Made by a program: the position numbers and the translations under genes. From a virus (lineage: Duplodnaviria; Caudoviricetes), in the IMG/VR virus record IMGVR_UViG_3300043747_000006, positions 1-63,430 of that record: a DNA stretch of 63,430 nucleotides, one strand, 5' to 3'. This document shows positions 53,755 to 63,217 of the stretch, piece after piece; position 1 is the stretch's first letter, and the number at the start of each line of letters is the position of its first letter. Below the pieces are notes generated by a model. The model searched no databases, was not told the DNA's origin, and saw nothing but the letters and a program-made list of their open reading frames with translations.

Positions 53755-54588
53755 TTATTCGTATCTATCCGGACGCCTGACCGGACTAACCGTGTGCCTG
53801 CATCTCGGATGAAATATTTCACGTCCTGGCAAATCGCCAATATACGGATAATCTCCGGGCGCATCCGCAACCAACTTCACGATTCTGCCTTCCCAATTAC
53901 GGCAGGCATCTTTTGCCCCATGCGAAGAAATTTGTCCATAGTAAGCCTCGCGATCAACCGCCTCATTTATCGTCGCGTCCATCGTCATCCGCATCATTTT
54001 AGTGCGCGAAACCATGTCGACATAAACTTCCGGCTTCCATCTTCGGCCGGCTGCGTCAATAATTCCGGTATTAAGCGAATCGCCAAGCTTTCCGCGAAGC
54101 CCCGCAGTTATATCCGCATTCATGGTCCGGCGCCCATTAATTCCTTGCGCTAAGTTTTGTCGCATTGCTTCTCCGACTACCTGGCGAACTGTCGCCTTTA
54201 CTCGCCGCTCAACGTTTTGAGTTACTGCAAGCAAGTCCGCTTGAGTGTCGGCAATGGCCGCCGCGACTAATTCTTTATTGACGCGATTAAACTTTACGAT
54301 TTGCATCGCTTCGGCAGTCGTACTAACAACGCCTAGCGCCACAATTGCGTCAGCCACGCCAGCTCGCACCGCCATCGGAATATTATCGGCAACCCATTGC
54401 GCCGATTCTTCGTTCAGGCCCTTAAGTATGTCTGCGATTGACTTCAGCGTCGCCAACTGATTGGCCCGCGAAAAGTCCGTTAAATCAAATCGGTCGAGTT
54501 CGGACTTAATCCGCTCGACCGCCTGCTTAAAATATCGCGCTAGTTCTTCGACTTGTTTGTCGTAATTATGCTCCGCCATTTGCTCCAC
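53755..54588 (-). CDS. Minor capsid / head morphogenesis protein
   Basis: IIDAAGRRW, ISSHGAKDAC..WEG, FHPRCRH. Confidence 0.88.
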   Translation of the reverse strand: MEQMAEHNYDKQVEELARYFKQAVERIKSELDRFDLTDFSRANQLATLKSIADILKGLNEESAQWVADNIPMAVRAGVADAIVALGVVSTTAEAMQIVKFNRVNKELVAAAIADTQADLLAVTQNVERRVKATVRQVVGEAMRQNLAQGINGRRTMNADITAGLRGKLGDSLNTGIIDAAGRRWKPEVYVDMVSRTKMMRMTMDATINEAVDREAYYGQISSHGAKDACRNWEGRIVKLVADAPGDYPYIGDLPGREIFHPRCRHTVSPVRRPDRYE

Positions 54589-56179
54589 CTACGCCGCCGG
54601 AGGTTTTGTTAAATATAGAAGCGTCAACCGTTCCCATTATGCGCTTCTCATCCTCGTTCATTCGATCAAGAATCTCTCGAGATTTTTCGTCGTCTACATC
54701 ATCTAGGCGCTTAATCGCACTCTTAACGTCAATAGTCGGCTTGTTGACGGTACGGATTTGCATAATCTGCGCTTCTTCTAACGGGTTACTTGGAATTCCG
54801 TCTTTCCAGTTGATTTTCGGATAAACCGCTTCAAACGCGTAGTCTCCGTGAGCAATGTCGAGTAGCTGGCACGTCCATAATGCGTCACGAATTGCTTTAT
54901 CGTAATGCGTCCTAATCCGCTTAACCTTCGATAATATAGGCATGAACCGCGCCTTAATTGACGCTGAGTCAGTATGTGACGTCCCTGTTCCGCCTGAGTT
55001 TTCGCCAAGCACCGTTCCGAATAACCATTGTGGCGTTTCGGAGATTTGGAAGATTAGCGAAATTAATACTTCGAGTTCTTTGAAGGCCGACGTTAACTGG
55101 CCGTCCCATACCATATAGCCGGGCGCAATGTCCTCTTTTGTAACCGGAATATAAGCGCCACCCAATCGAACTTGAGTTCCGTCGGTGCCGCTGTCTAAAT
55201 CCGGACCGTATGCCGTTGGGTCGGAATGTTTCCAAAGAATATAATCGATTTGCACGAGCCGATCGTTTAGCGCAGCCAACAACGATTCCAATAATTCGAG
55301 CCCGCCCGTTCCTTCCCAGTCGTCATCGACCGATTTATAAGGAATATGGTGAGCGAGCATATGTGGAACGCCTGTTTCAACGATGTCCTCGTCCTTCCCT
55401 GTCGCCACTTTATCGCCAATTATATACGTTTGTAAGGGATAGCCCCACGAATTATCGATGCCGCCCTCAAACTCGAGTAAACGATAGCGCTCGTAAATGA
55501 TATAGCCGGGAATATGTCGCTCTACGTTTAAATAAGGCTTCTCTGTCTTTCCGTCAATAACGTACTCAACTGACGCAATGTTGACCGCCTTAAAATTCTT
55601 CACGTTGCCCCGAGATGTTTCCGGAAATACGCAATCCGCGCTAATGTGCTCGATAATCGGCTCCATAGCAACGGCCGGCTCGTCAAACCCCATCTTCTTA
55701 AGTTCCGAATAGTCAATCCGCGTTCCATAACGCGTTTTAATCCAAGCGTCTCCACGATACCCATTACCGATTGCGCTTTCGTGAATCAGCTTAACGAGGT
55801 CGTTTTCTTCGACGTAACGATTTACCGCCACCTGCTGTTCGCTACTGTCCGGTAGTCCCGATTCAAAGCTCGGAGGCTCACCGACAAGTAAGTCGGCCGG
55901 CTTCGTTACGAGAATATCCGCAATATTTACCGCAATATAAAGCTGCTCGAGCTGACTTGCGTGTGGTGTATCTTTTAATAGCTTCGAAGCCCGCTCATAT
56001 ACTTCGATTTGCTTGCCTTTTACGAGTTTTTTCAGCCGCTTATATTTCGAGAGGCGTTCTCGATCTTGATACGGTGGAAATTGTTCGCCAGGCTGAAACG
56101 AATTGTACGTATAGACCGTTTGCGCTTCGCTAAGCTTTTCAAGTTCGGCTTTACTGTTAAATGGTCCAAATAAGCCCAA
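54566..56179 (-). CDS. Portal protein (SPP1 gp6-like)
   Basis: Size and position; ADLLVGEP, HSDP. Confidence 0.88.
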   Translation of the reverse strand: MGLFGPFNSKAELEKLSEAQTVYTYNSFQPGEQFPPYQDRERLSKYKRLKKLVKGKQIEVYERASKLLKDTPHASQLEQLYIAVNIADILVTKPADLLVGEPPSFESGLPDSSEQQVAVNRYVEENDLVKLIHESAIGNGYRGDAWIKTRYGTRIDYSELKKMGFDEPAVAMEPIIEHISADCVFPETSRGNVKNFKAVNIASVEYVIDGKTEKPYLNVERHIPGYIIYERYRLLEFEGGIDNSWGYPLQTYIIGDKVATGKDEDIVETGVPHMLAHHIPYKSVDDDWEGTGGLELLESLLAALNDRLVQIDYILWKHSDPTAYGPDLDSGTDGTQVRLGGAYIPVTKEDIAPGYMVWDGQLTSAFKELEVLISLIFQISETPQWLFGTVLGENSGGTGTSHTDSASIKARFMPILSKVKRIRTHYDKAIRDALWTCQLLDIAHGDYAFEAVYPKINWKDGIPSNPLEEAQIMQIRTVNKPTIDVKSAIKRLDDVDDEKSREILDRMNEDEKRIMGTVDASIFNKTSGGVGGANGGA

Positions 56180-56199
56180 GCCGTCTCCTCCTTTCGTTG

Positions 56200-56625
56200 T
56201 TAGTCGTCTAGTAAATTGTTCAAATCTTCAATTTCCTTCTCTATATCTTCATTACTACGTGATCCGCCTGCATCTTCCGTAACATTAACTTGCTTTTCCG
56301 TTAGCAAGCCAAACCGTCTCATAAAGATGTCGATACCTTTAATCGAAGGTTGTGGACCGCTGATTGATTTCATTAATTGACCATAAACAAACGCTCTCTT
56401 TTCGCTAAGAAAGTCGTCAGCAATAGCGTTTTTGTATTCAATAAAAACAGGGTCCTTAGTCTTCCACTCCCAGATTGTTTTTGAAGTTACACCAACTTCT
56501 TCCGCTATTTCTTCCTGTTTACGCTTTTCACCGGATTCGCGCAACTCGTTTTCAACTAGTAAATAAGCTGCATTTCGCTTCCTTGCGTCTAACTTCGCTT
56601 CTAGTGCCTTTAATCGTCTTGACAT
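56200..56625 (-). CDS. Terminase small subunit-like HTH protein (phBC6A51-like)
   Basis: QEEIAEEVGVTSKTIWEWK, PSIKGIDIF. Confidence 0.75.
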   Translation of the reverse strand: MSRRLKALEAKLDARKRNAAYLLVENELRESGEKRKQEEIAEEVGVTSKTIWEWKTKDPVFIEYKNAIADDFLSEKRAFVYGQLMKSISGPQPSIKGIDIFMRRFGLLTEKQVNVTEDAGGSRSNEDIEKEIEDLNNLLDD

Positions 56626-56643
56626 CGTTTCGTCCTCCTTTCG

Positions 56644-58407
56644 TTATAGATAACTCGGCTTTTTACCGACCGCCGCTTTCGGCCTTTTCACGGACTCAAC
56701 CGCCATGTTTAATGCATCGGGTCCATCGTCATGCCAACGTGACCCATATCGTTCAAAATGCTCGAGCAAAATAGCGTGATCTCGGTTAAATATGATACTT
56801 CCGTTTTCTATGTCGGGCAGCATCGCCTCTATACGGAGCTCTTTCCGCTGGCGTTGCTGAATCTTCTTTACTCGGTTATGCGCCGGATAGCCGACGAATT
56901 GGAGCGATTCCTTCAACTTATCGACGAAGAATTCTTGCGCCATTTGAGCCTCAGCGCCAATAATATCCGGCTGATACTCTTTAACTTTCCGCGTTATGAC
57001 CTCAAGGAATTTATCCGGATGAAGACGATCAAGGAACGCGTCTACTACGTATGTTTTCTTCGTAATTTTATGTTTAGCAACCGTTACGAGCGCCGAATAG
57101 TCGCCCTTCTGCTTACCCATCGCAAAGTCGAGCCCCATTCCGATATAAAAATCCTTATGCGAAAAGGTACGCCCACTTTCGTAATAGTAAAATCGCTCAG
57201 GATGAAATATTTGCGATTCTTCATCGAGTGGATTATTCATAAATTCCGTATTGAACGCCTTGGATCCGTAGTTGACCTTTTCGAGAAATAAATTCGTTAA
57301 GGGGAACCGGTCGGGCCATAGTACATTTGCGCCCTCGTCCATTGCCTCGCGATTATCTTCGTAAAACTTCAACGCAGCTCTAGCGCTAGGTGTTGCCGTC
57401 TCTTCCTCCGCGTTTTCCATTTCAGCCAATTCCGCTTCAGTCGGCTGATATTCTTTATAGATGCGCTCAAATTCCGCCCAAAGGTCCATACGCTTAGGCC
57501 AGTCAATAATTGCCGGGAATTTATTCTTAATAAAGTCGCGACGTTCCGTTAGTACGTAATTCAGCAAGGAATCTACGTGCACTAACGTACCCATAAAGAT
57601 GACGGCTGTCTGTGTTGGATCATATGCAGGCATTAAATCTTGGTTCAGCCAGTCTTTCGCCTTCTGACGTAGCTCGGGCGTGTTATTCGAGTCCCGCGAC
57701 TCCAAGTCATCGAGCAATATAAGGTCCGGACGTTGAGATCCGTTACGGAAACCACGGATTTGCGTCCCGAGTGACGTCGCTTCCATCTTAATATTGGTCG
57801 TCGTTAAAAATGCCTCTTCGCTGTCCTTCTCAATACGCGTTTTCTGTTCGTGCAATAAGACGCCAAAGTCATCGCGAAGTTTTAGATTGTATTTTAGTTG
57901 GCCGGCGACCCATTTAATGAACTTCTTCGAACCGGCGTTTGTTTCCGAAATTATGAGGATCATCTTCCGCTTACGAAACGTGATCTCATGTACCGGAAAT
58001 GCGTTCGATAGATAAGCTGATTTCGCGTGACCACGGCTGGCCGCCCATGCTATACGTGCCGTTCGATTTCGATTGGATACCGAGTCAAGAATCCGCGATA
58101 ATTTAACGTGAAAGTCAGGCGCATTGTCCATGTCGACTCTGGCGGTAGGCACGAGGTTATCCGGATTACCGGGATTTCGCGCTTCCGAAAAGTATTCGTA
58201 GAAGAAGTAGAGCATGTCGACTTCAGCGCGATGGACCCGCTTCAAACGTCTTAGCTCCGCCTTATCGGTGCGAAATGTTTCGATATGATAGTCGGTTGCT
58301 TTGCCGGCTTTAATTACCGCAGCCAACTTGCGAACACGTTCCGTTATGAGGTCGATGCGCTCTTGTCGCTTATCTCGCGCTATCCACTCGCCATTTACCA
58401 CCGCCAT
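56644..58407 (-). CDS. Terminase large subunit
   Basis: ASRGHAKS, RPDLILLDDLE, GLDFAMG..GDYSA, HDDGPDA. Confidence 0.95.
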   Translation of the reverse strand: MAVVNGEWIARDKRQERIDLITERVRKLAAVIKAGKATDYHIETFRTDKAELRRLKRVHRAEVDMLYFFYEYFSEARNPGNPDNLVPTARVDMDNAPDFHVKLSRILDSVSNRNRTARIAWAASRGHAKSAYLSNAFPVHEITFRKRKMILIISETNAGSKKFIKWVAGQLKYNLKLRDDFGVLLHEQKTRIEKDSEEAFLTTTNIKMEATSLGTQIRGFRNGSQRPDLILLDDLESRDSNNTPELRQKAKDWLNQDLMPAYDPTQTAVIFMGTLVHVDSLLNYVLTERRDFIKNKFPAIIDWPKRMDLWAEFERIYKEYQPTEAELAEMENAEEETATPSARAALKFYEDNREAMDEGANVLWPDRFPLTNLFLEKVNYGSKAFNTEFMNNPLDEESQIFHPERFYYYESGRTFSHKDFYIGMGLDFAMGKQKGDYSALVTVAKHKITKKTYVVDAFLDRLHPDKFLEVITRKVKEYQPDIIGAEAQMAQEFFVDKLKESLQFVGYPAHNRVKKIQQRQRKELRIEAMLPDIENGSIIFNRDHAILLEHFERYGSRWHDDGPDALNMAVESVKRPKAAVGKKPSYL

Positions 58408-58489
58408 ATGATTGCGCCCTCCTTTCGTTTAGTTTGCGTTATGTATCCGAGATTTCCAACCGTTAGGCATGCGATTAGACACCTCGAGT

Positions 58490-58555
58490 TCAAAAAATTG
58501 TAGCGCAGTTTTTCTGACCAAACCCGCCGGCCGGCGCCAGGGCGCTTGGGGGACG
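58490..58555. other. Candidate packaging (cos/pac) site
   Basis: GC-rich block CCCGCCGGCCGGCGCCAGGGCGCTTGGGGG flanked by A/T tracts, upstream of terL in a ~1-kb non-coding region. Confidence 0.4.
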
Positions 58556-59329
58556 CAGTTCGACTTTATTCGACGCGCTTTCAGGTGTATAGCGGTGTAT
58601 ATCTATACATACATTACGGCGTAAAATATAATTTTGACGTATTAATACGAAGCACGAACGTTGTCATACCAACGTTTGTTCGTTACGTATATAATGACGC
58701 CATTCATTCGTTTATACATCCGCGCCATATCAACGTTTGTACTGCCTGGACTACGATTATTTCCCTACGTTTATGTATAATAGCTGCGCAGAACCCCGTG
58801 AGTTTCGACAAGGCGTCTCCGCCAGGTGGCCCGTGTTGATGCGCCCACCCATACCGCTATGCTTATCGGATACCCCTACGTTAGTTACCACGTTAGTAGT
58901 TACCCTATATTACGGTATCCCCTACGCAATAAGACGAGTTTCTTCTATATAATAAGGCAGCGGTAGTTAGTACGTAATGTACCCGCCTATTATTCCGCAT
59001 TCATCAGCGTAATGTGGATTACGATTTATTACCCCTTCATAATACATAGATACGAAACGCCTTATTTTATGGATAAAAACGCTTAACATTCCGCAATTAG
59101 TTACGTTTAGTCTTACGACTTAAAACCCTTGTGTGCCGGCCCTGCCGTCCCACTACCCTTATATTGCATTATACTTTTTCGCTGGTTTTAAAAAGAATAA
59201 AGAAGGGAGGCGCCGAACGACTGGAAGGAGTGGAAGGCGCAATGTTTTATTCTCTAAGAGGAAGACACCGACAACGTCTAAAAACGGCTGAATCCCTTGC
59301 GGCTGTAAGCGCGAAGCCACTTTTTGCGA

Positions 59330-59383
59330 GTTCTGTTTTCGCCACACTAAACGGCCATTTCGTTCTGTTTTCGCCACACTAAA
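59330..59383. repeat. 22-bp direct repeat, iteron-like
   Basis: GTTCTGTTTTCGCCACACTAAA at 59330 and 59362 (32-bp period). Confidence 0.85.
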
Positions 59384-59399
59384 ACGAAAACCCCGGCAA

Positions 59400-60140
59400 T
59401 TAAGCCGAGGTCGTTTGCGGATTGTCATGGCACCAATATACGTATTGACGGTATTCTTCGACTGTCATATCGTTAGCCTTGCCGAGCCATTCGATAAGAA
59501 GGTCGAACTTTTCTTGCTCCAGATTGAACCGTTGCCTATTCGCCTCAAACCATTCGAATATATTTTTATCGCATTTAGACTGATTTAAATCGCCACAAAG
59601 CGGAATCATATTGCCGTACGTTGTTCCGCCATGCCCAACGGCTATTGGTATGACGTGGTCCCAGTGAATATCGCCTACGTCGCCGGTTAAAGCGCATCCT
59701 CCGAAAAACTCAAGTGTAACATTCTTTTGTTCAACATCGAAATCGGCGGCCAGCGCTAACCTCCGTGCCCTACGACGTTGCATAATTAACCCGGTTTTTT
59801 CGGGATTATTTTGTCGCCATAACCGTTGAGTCTTCGCCATATGCTCCTTATTATTTTCGTAGTGCAACCGGAGTCGCTCGACTTCTTTTTCTCGATTTTC
59901 CGCTCTCCACTTACAGATTAATTCCGTATAATGATCTTTATGTTCTTCGCGGTAGGCAGCGCAACATGCCCTACATTTCGAACTTCTTCCGCCTAGATTT
60001 CTTTTATTCTTCGGAAAATCATCGAGGTGTTTGATCCTTTCACACTCTCCGCAAACTTTCGCAACCATCTCGCCTACAGCGCTTTCGTAATAAACGGTCC
60101 CTGCTTTATTCTTTTTCTCCGCCAACCCTTCAATATTCAT
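59400..60140 (-). CDS. HNH endonuclease with zinc finger (paralog C)
   Basis: HWDHVIPIAVGHGGTTYGNMIPL...NIFEWFEANRQRF. Confidence 0.85.
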   Translation of the reverse strand: MNIEGLAEKKNKAGTVYYESAVGEMVAKVCGECERIKHLDDFPKNKRNLGGRSSKCRACCAAYREEHKDHYTELICKWRAENREKEVERLRLHYENNKEHMAKTQRLWRQNNPEKTGLIMQRRRARRLALAADFDVEQKNVTLEFFGGCALTGDVGDIHWDHVIPIAVGHGGTTYGNMIPLCGDLNQSKCDKNIFEWFEANRQRFNLEQEKFDLLIEWLGKANDMTVEEYRQYVYWCHDNPQTTSA

Positions 60141-60152
60141 TCTCCGCTCCTC

Positions 60153-61001
60153 CTATCGTCTAGACTTCTTCGCATGATCGTCGAACAATTTACGCACCGC
60201 ATTCGTCCACTCCGTCTCAAGCCCTTCTGCCTGGCGAAACATTAGATCCGGATGAACTAAATAACGTACTTCCTTGCGTGTACCGGTGACGAGAATCGCT
60301 CCTACGGATTGCAGCCGACTCACTATCTTCGAAACGGTCGCAACGTCGTGCCCTATCGCCTCGGCCAACGTCTCCCTTCCGATGTATTCGATGAACGCCT
60401 TGTCAACGTTCGGATTAACGCAGAGATAATATTCGGAGTAATGAAAGAACGGGATAATCTTATAAAGCATTCCGACCTCGTTTAGCTTTAATTTATCGAC
60501 AATCTCCTTCGCTCTTACCGTGTATACCTTCGTAAATACTTCGTCAGCAATGCGTCCACCCATCGAATGGAATCGCTTGTTTATATAAAATCCTGATACG
60601 TTCGATTCCAGCACGCCTATCTCGAGTAGTCTGTCGATAATTACGTTTGCGTTGGATTTACTTCTACCTAAAACGCGTGCAATGTCCGCTTTATTCATAG
60701 GCTCAGCGCGCACCATTGATCCCTTTAATAAACGCCCATCACCGTTAATTCGAAGCTGAAGCAGTATTTTAACTAATGCGCCCGCCTCCGTTAAGCTCAG
60801 GTCGCGAATAATCTCCGATACAGATTCGTTATAGGACACGACATAATTTCGTCCGTGATGAAACCGCGGCTTCCTTGGCAACGTAGCGTACAGTTTAGCG
60901 CGTTCCATTTCCTCCTGCGTTCGAATTGTTGCGTTATCAGCCTCCGGTACAAAGTAGCCAATTTCCCCATCTTCGTTTACTATTCGTTCATACTTCGCCA
61001 T
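60153..61001 (-). CDS. Tandem winged-HTH RepL-like replication/maintenance protein
   Basis: Two units (LSLTEAG..KADIARVLG; LKLNEVG..LAEAIG..YLVHPDL). Confidence 0.65.
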   Translation of the reverse strand: MAKYERIVNEDGEIGYFVPEADNATIRTQEEMERAKLYATLPRKPRFHHGRNYVVSYNESVSEIIRDLSLTEAGALVKILLQLRINGDGRLLKGSMVRAEPMNKADIARVLGRSKSNANVIIDRLLEIGVLESNVSGFYINKRFHSMGGRIADEVFTKVYTVRAKEIVDKLKLNEVGMLYKIIPFFHYSEYYLCVNPNVDKAFIEYIGRETLAEAIGHDVATVSKIVSRLQSVGAILVTGTRKEVRYLVHPDLMFRQAEGLETEWTNAVRKLFDDHAKKSRR

Positions 61002-61076
61002 TCTATCAGTCTCCTTTTTGCTTTTATAAAATAAAGCGCCGATTTCTCGACGCCTTTGTTTATTTCGTTTTTATGA

Positions 61077-61223
61077 TCATTTCTTTACATAATTAGGACA
61101 TTCAAAATACTCGTCATCCTCCGGAATGGTATTTAGATCTATTCCATCTAGACAATATAAGTCGTTGTCCTCTGAACCTATTTCACAAATACATTTGGCA
61201 CAAATAAAACAAGTGTTCACCAT
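61077..61223 (-). CDS. Small Cys-rich protein (48 aa)
   Basis: AAGGAG RBS; MVNTCFICAKC...YC...CPNY. Confidence 0.55.
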   Translation of the reverse strand: MVNTCFICAKCICEIGSEDNDLYCLDGIDLNTIPEDDEYFECPNYVKK

Positions 61224-61246
61224 TTTCTTCACTCCTTTTATAACAC

Positions 61247-61430
61247 CTTCACTATATAGTCCGTACAACACCGAAAAACATGAATAAAATCCTCTTTCAT
61301 AACGTATAAACACAAATCGCCGCTAATTATACGATTTAACTTCCTCATATATAAGGACAACTAACGGCGATTTTTATACGGTCGAAAAATACTTCTCACT
61401 ATATAGGCCGCGAAACAGTGAAAAATACAC
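61247..61430 (-). promoter_or_regulatory. Cluster of three promoter-like motifs ending TATATA(G)TGA
   Basis: Two near-duplicates (RTRTTTTTC..TGTT...CGGMCTATATAGTGA) and one variant. Confidence 0.5.
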
Positions 61431-61435
61431 TGAGT

Positions 61436-61948
61436 CTAATTACCTATTTTTCGTACAATAACCGGTTGAACCTTTGTAAAATCTGCGTACCGATCTCTCC
61501 GCTCCTTATTGCGTATCTTAGCCTCCTTATCCACAAACATATTTTCGCGTTCACTTCGTTTCCTTCTCGTTGGATAATCGTATCCTATGCCATCAGTACC
61601 GTAATTTTCCGCAATGCTTAACGGTACTTCAATTATCGGATTATCTGTTTTTCTGGTATGCTTACCCTCTCTTCTCCGTGCAAGCTGCGTCTCACTTAAT
61701 ATCGGGTACTCATTGTGCGTAACTTTATATGGATTCGGGTCGGTTAGTTCCTCGTTTAGGATCATATCCGTAATAACATTAATGTCAGCAGGAGAAGGAC
61801 GCTCATTAAACCCGAGTAGATGTTCTTTTAACGCCAGATCTATATTTAGCAAACGGTAAATACGATCTTCCATTTCGTTTAAATTCATACGTTGCTTAAA
61901 TAGGTTAGTACGATCTGTAAATCGCTGGTTGTGTAAATTCATTAACAT
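61436..61948 (-). CDS. Conserved-looking phage hypothetical protein
   Basis: EELTDPNPYKV...EYPILSETQLARR. Confidence 0.7.
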   Translation of the reverse strand: MLMNLHNQRFTDRTNLFKQRMNLNEMEDRIYRLLNIDLALKEHLLGFNERPSPADINVITDMILNEELTDPNPYKVTHNEYPILSETQLARRREGKHTRKTDNPIIEVPLSIAENYGTDGIGYDYPTRRKRSERENMFVDKEAKIRNKERRDRYADFTKVQPVIVRKIGN

Positions 61949-62388
61949 GACTCCTTGTATACTGGAATTAGAACTTTGTATTCCGTGTAGTTTTTAACGC
62001 CGATCTCATTGCTAATTACGATACTCTTAGTCTCATAACCTCCGAAGTCTCTAACTTTATAGATTCGTTTTCCGTTTACTTGTTCGTCCAGCATCACTAA
62101 GTCGCCTACAGTAGCTTCCATTCGCGCCATTTTATATCGTTTACCTTGGTAAAAAACGGTTTCTTCAATAACAAACTCACGTGTGCTGCTTCCGTCGCAA
62201 TTCGATATAACTTCGCCACCAATTTCGTAGTACTTACACGTATTACATGAATAAGCGTCTTTAAAGTCGTTTACAAGCAATCCACCGCATTTACATACGA
62301 TTCTGCCCTTATTGAATAACTCATCGATTATATCAGCAAAGACGTTAGGCGGTATTTCTCCGCCCTTGGTCTTGTTATATTCCGTCAT
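61942..62388 (-). CDS. Hypothetical zinc-ribbon protein
   Basis: CKCGG...CNTC. Confidence 0.65.
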   Translation of the reverse strand: MTEYNKTKGGEIPPNVFADIIDELFNKGRIVCKCGGLLVNDFKDAYSCNTCKYYEIGGEVISNCDGSSTREFVIEETVFYQGKRYKMARMEATVGDLVMLDEQVNGKRIYKVRDFGGYETKSIVISNEIGVKNYTEYKVLIPVYKESC

Positions 62389-62774
62389 TATTTCTCTCCC
62401 CCTATCCGGTATCCTTCATCATTCCGCGACCAGAACCAATAAACTTCCGAAATTGCCCCGATCGCATTGTCAACGTGGTAGCTGACGACGTCCTGGCCGA
62501 TGCCCATCAACTTGCCCGCCTCTTCCTGCGTCAGGTCCTCTTCGTATACCAATCGGAGAGCTTCCGCCTGGCGTTCGGTTAGGTTGGCGAGCTCGAGCGC
62601 TTTGTATAAATCGATTAAAATTACCGTACTATCGTAATCTCCGGCATACTGTCGAGAGAGCAGCGCGTGATAATCGGATAATAAAATGCGTAGGTTTGCC
62701 GGACAATCCAACGCCGGGTACTTTTCTTCGAGACTGCGCTCGTTTACGTGTAGATCACGTTTTACACTTCCGAT
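62388..62774 (-). CDS. Sigma70 region-4 HTH protein, probable ATC start
   Basis: LTERQAEALRLVYEEDLTQEEAGKLMGI; AGGAGG 8 nt upstream of an in-frame ATC at 62774. Confidence 0.8.
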   Translation of the reverse strand: MGSVKRDLHVNERSLEEKYPALDCPANLRILLSDYHALLSRQYAGDYDSTVILIDLYKALELANLTERQAEALRLVYEEDLTQEEAGKLMGIGQDVVSYHVDNAIGAISEVYWFWSRNDEGYRIGGEK

Positions 62775-62787
62775 AGCAATCGCCTCC

Positions 62788-62816
62788 TTGCGTTTTTAGT
62801 TTTAATTTCGTATAAT
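62788..62816 (+). promoter_or_regulatory. SigmaA promoter
   Basis: TTGCGT-N17-TATAAT. Confidence 0.7.
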
Positions 62817-62850
62817 TGCGTTAACAATAACGTAGTAAGGACGTGATATT

Positions 62851-63213
62851 ATGGCTTTCGAACCAATCCAAATCGCCCGTCAAGGCGGTAAATCATTAAC
62901 AATCGATAAGCAGCAACGCATTCGCCTGTCTTCGTCAATGCGTCAAGAGCTCGCCTTAACTCCGTTTACGCCCGTCGTGATTAGCGTTGATGTAGAAAAC
63001 AAACGTGTTGGCGTTGTTAAAATGGATCTTGCGAAGATTCCAAACGCTTCTACAGTGCGCCCTGATAAGCGTGGCTATCTCGGCGTTGCTGCCGGAAAGC
63101 AAGTCGTTAGTAAATTGGCGCTGGCCGACGCCGACCTTCCGGCCAAGTTTGAATATGTCGGAAAAATTGATGAAGGAAGTATTTTCTGGCACTCTTTCGA
63201 GCTATCGCGGTGA
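62851..63213 (+). CDS. AbrB/MraZ-like tandem swapped-hairpin protein
   Basis: LTIDKQQRIRLSSSMRQEL and VRPDKRGYL units; TAAGGA RBS. Confidence 0.55.
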   Translation: MAFEPIQIARQGGKSLTIDKQQRIRLSSSMRQELALTPFTPVVISVDVENKRVGVVKMDLAKIPNASTVRPDKRGYLGVAAGKQVVSKLALADADLPAKFEYVGKIDEGSIFWHSFELSR

Positions 63214-63217
63214 TTAC

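Noticed and set aside
58546-59428. ORFs in the terL-upstream region
   Set aside because: No RBS or recognisable motifs; the region looks cis-acting
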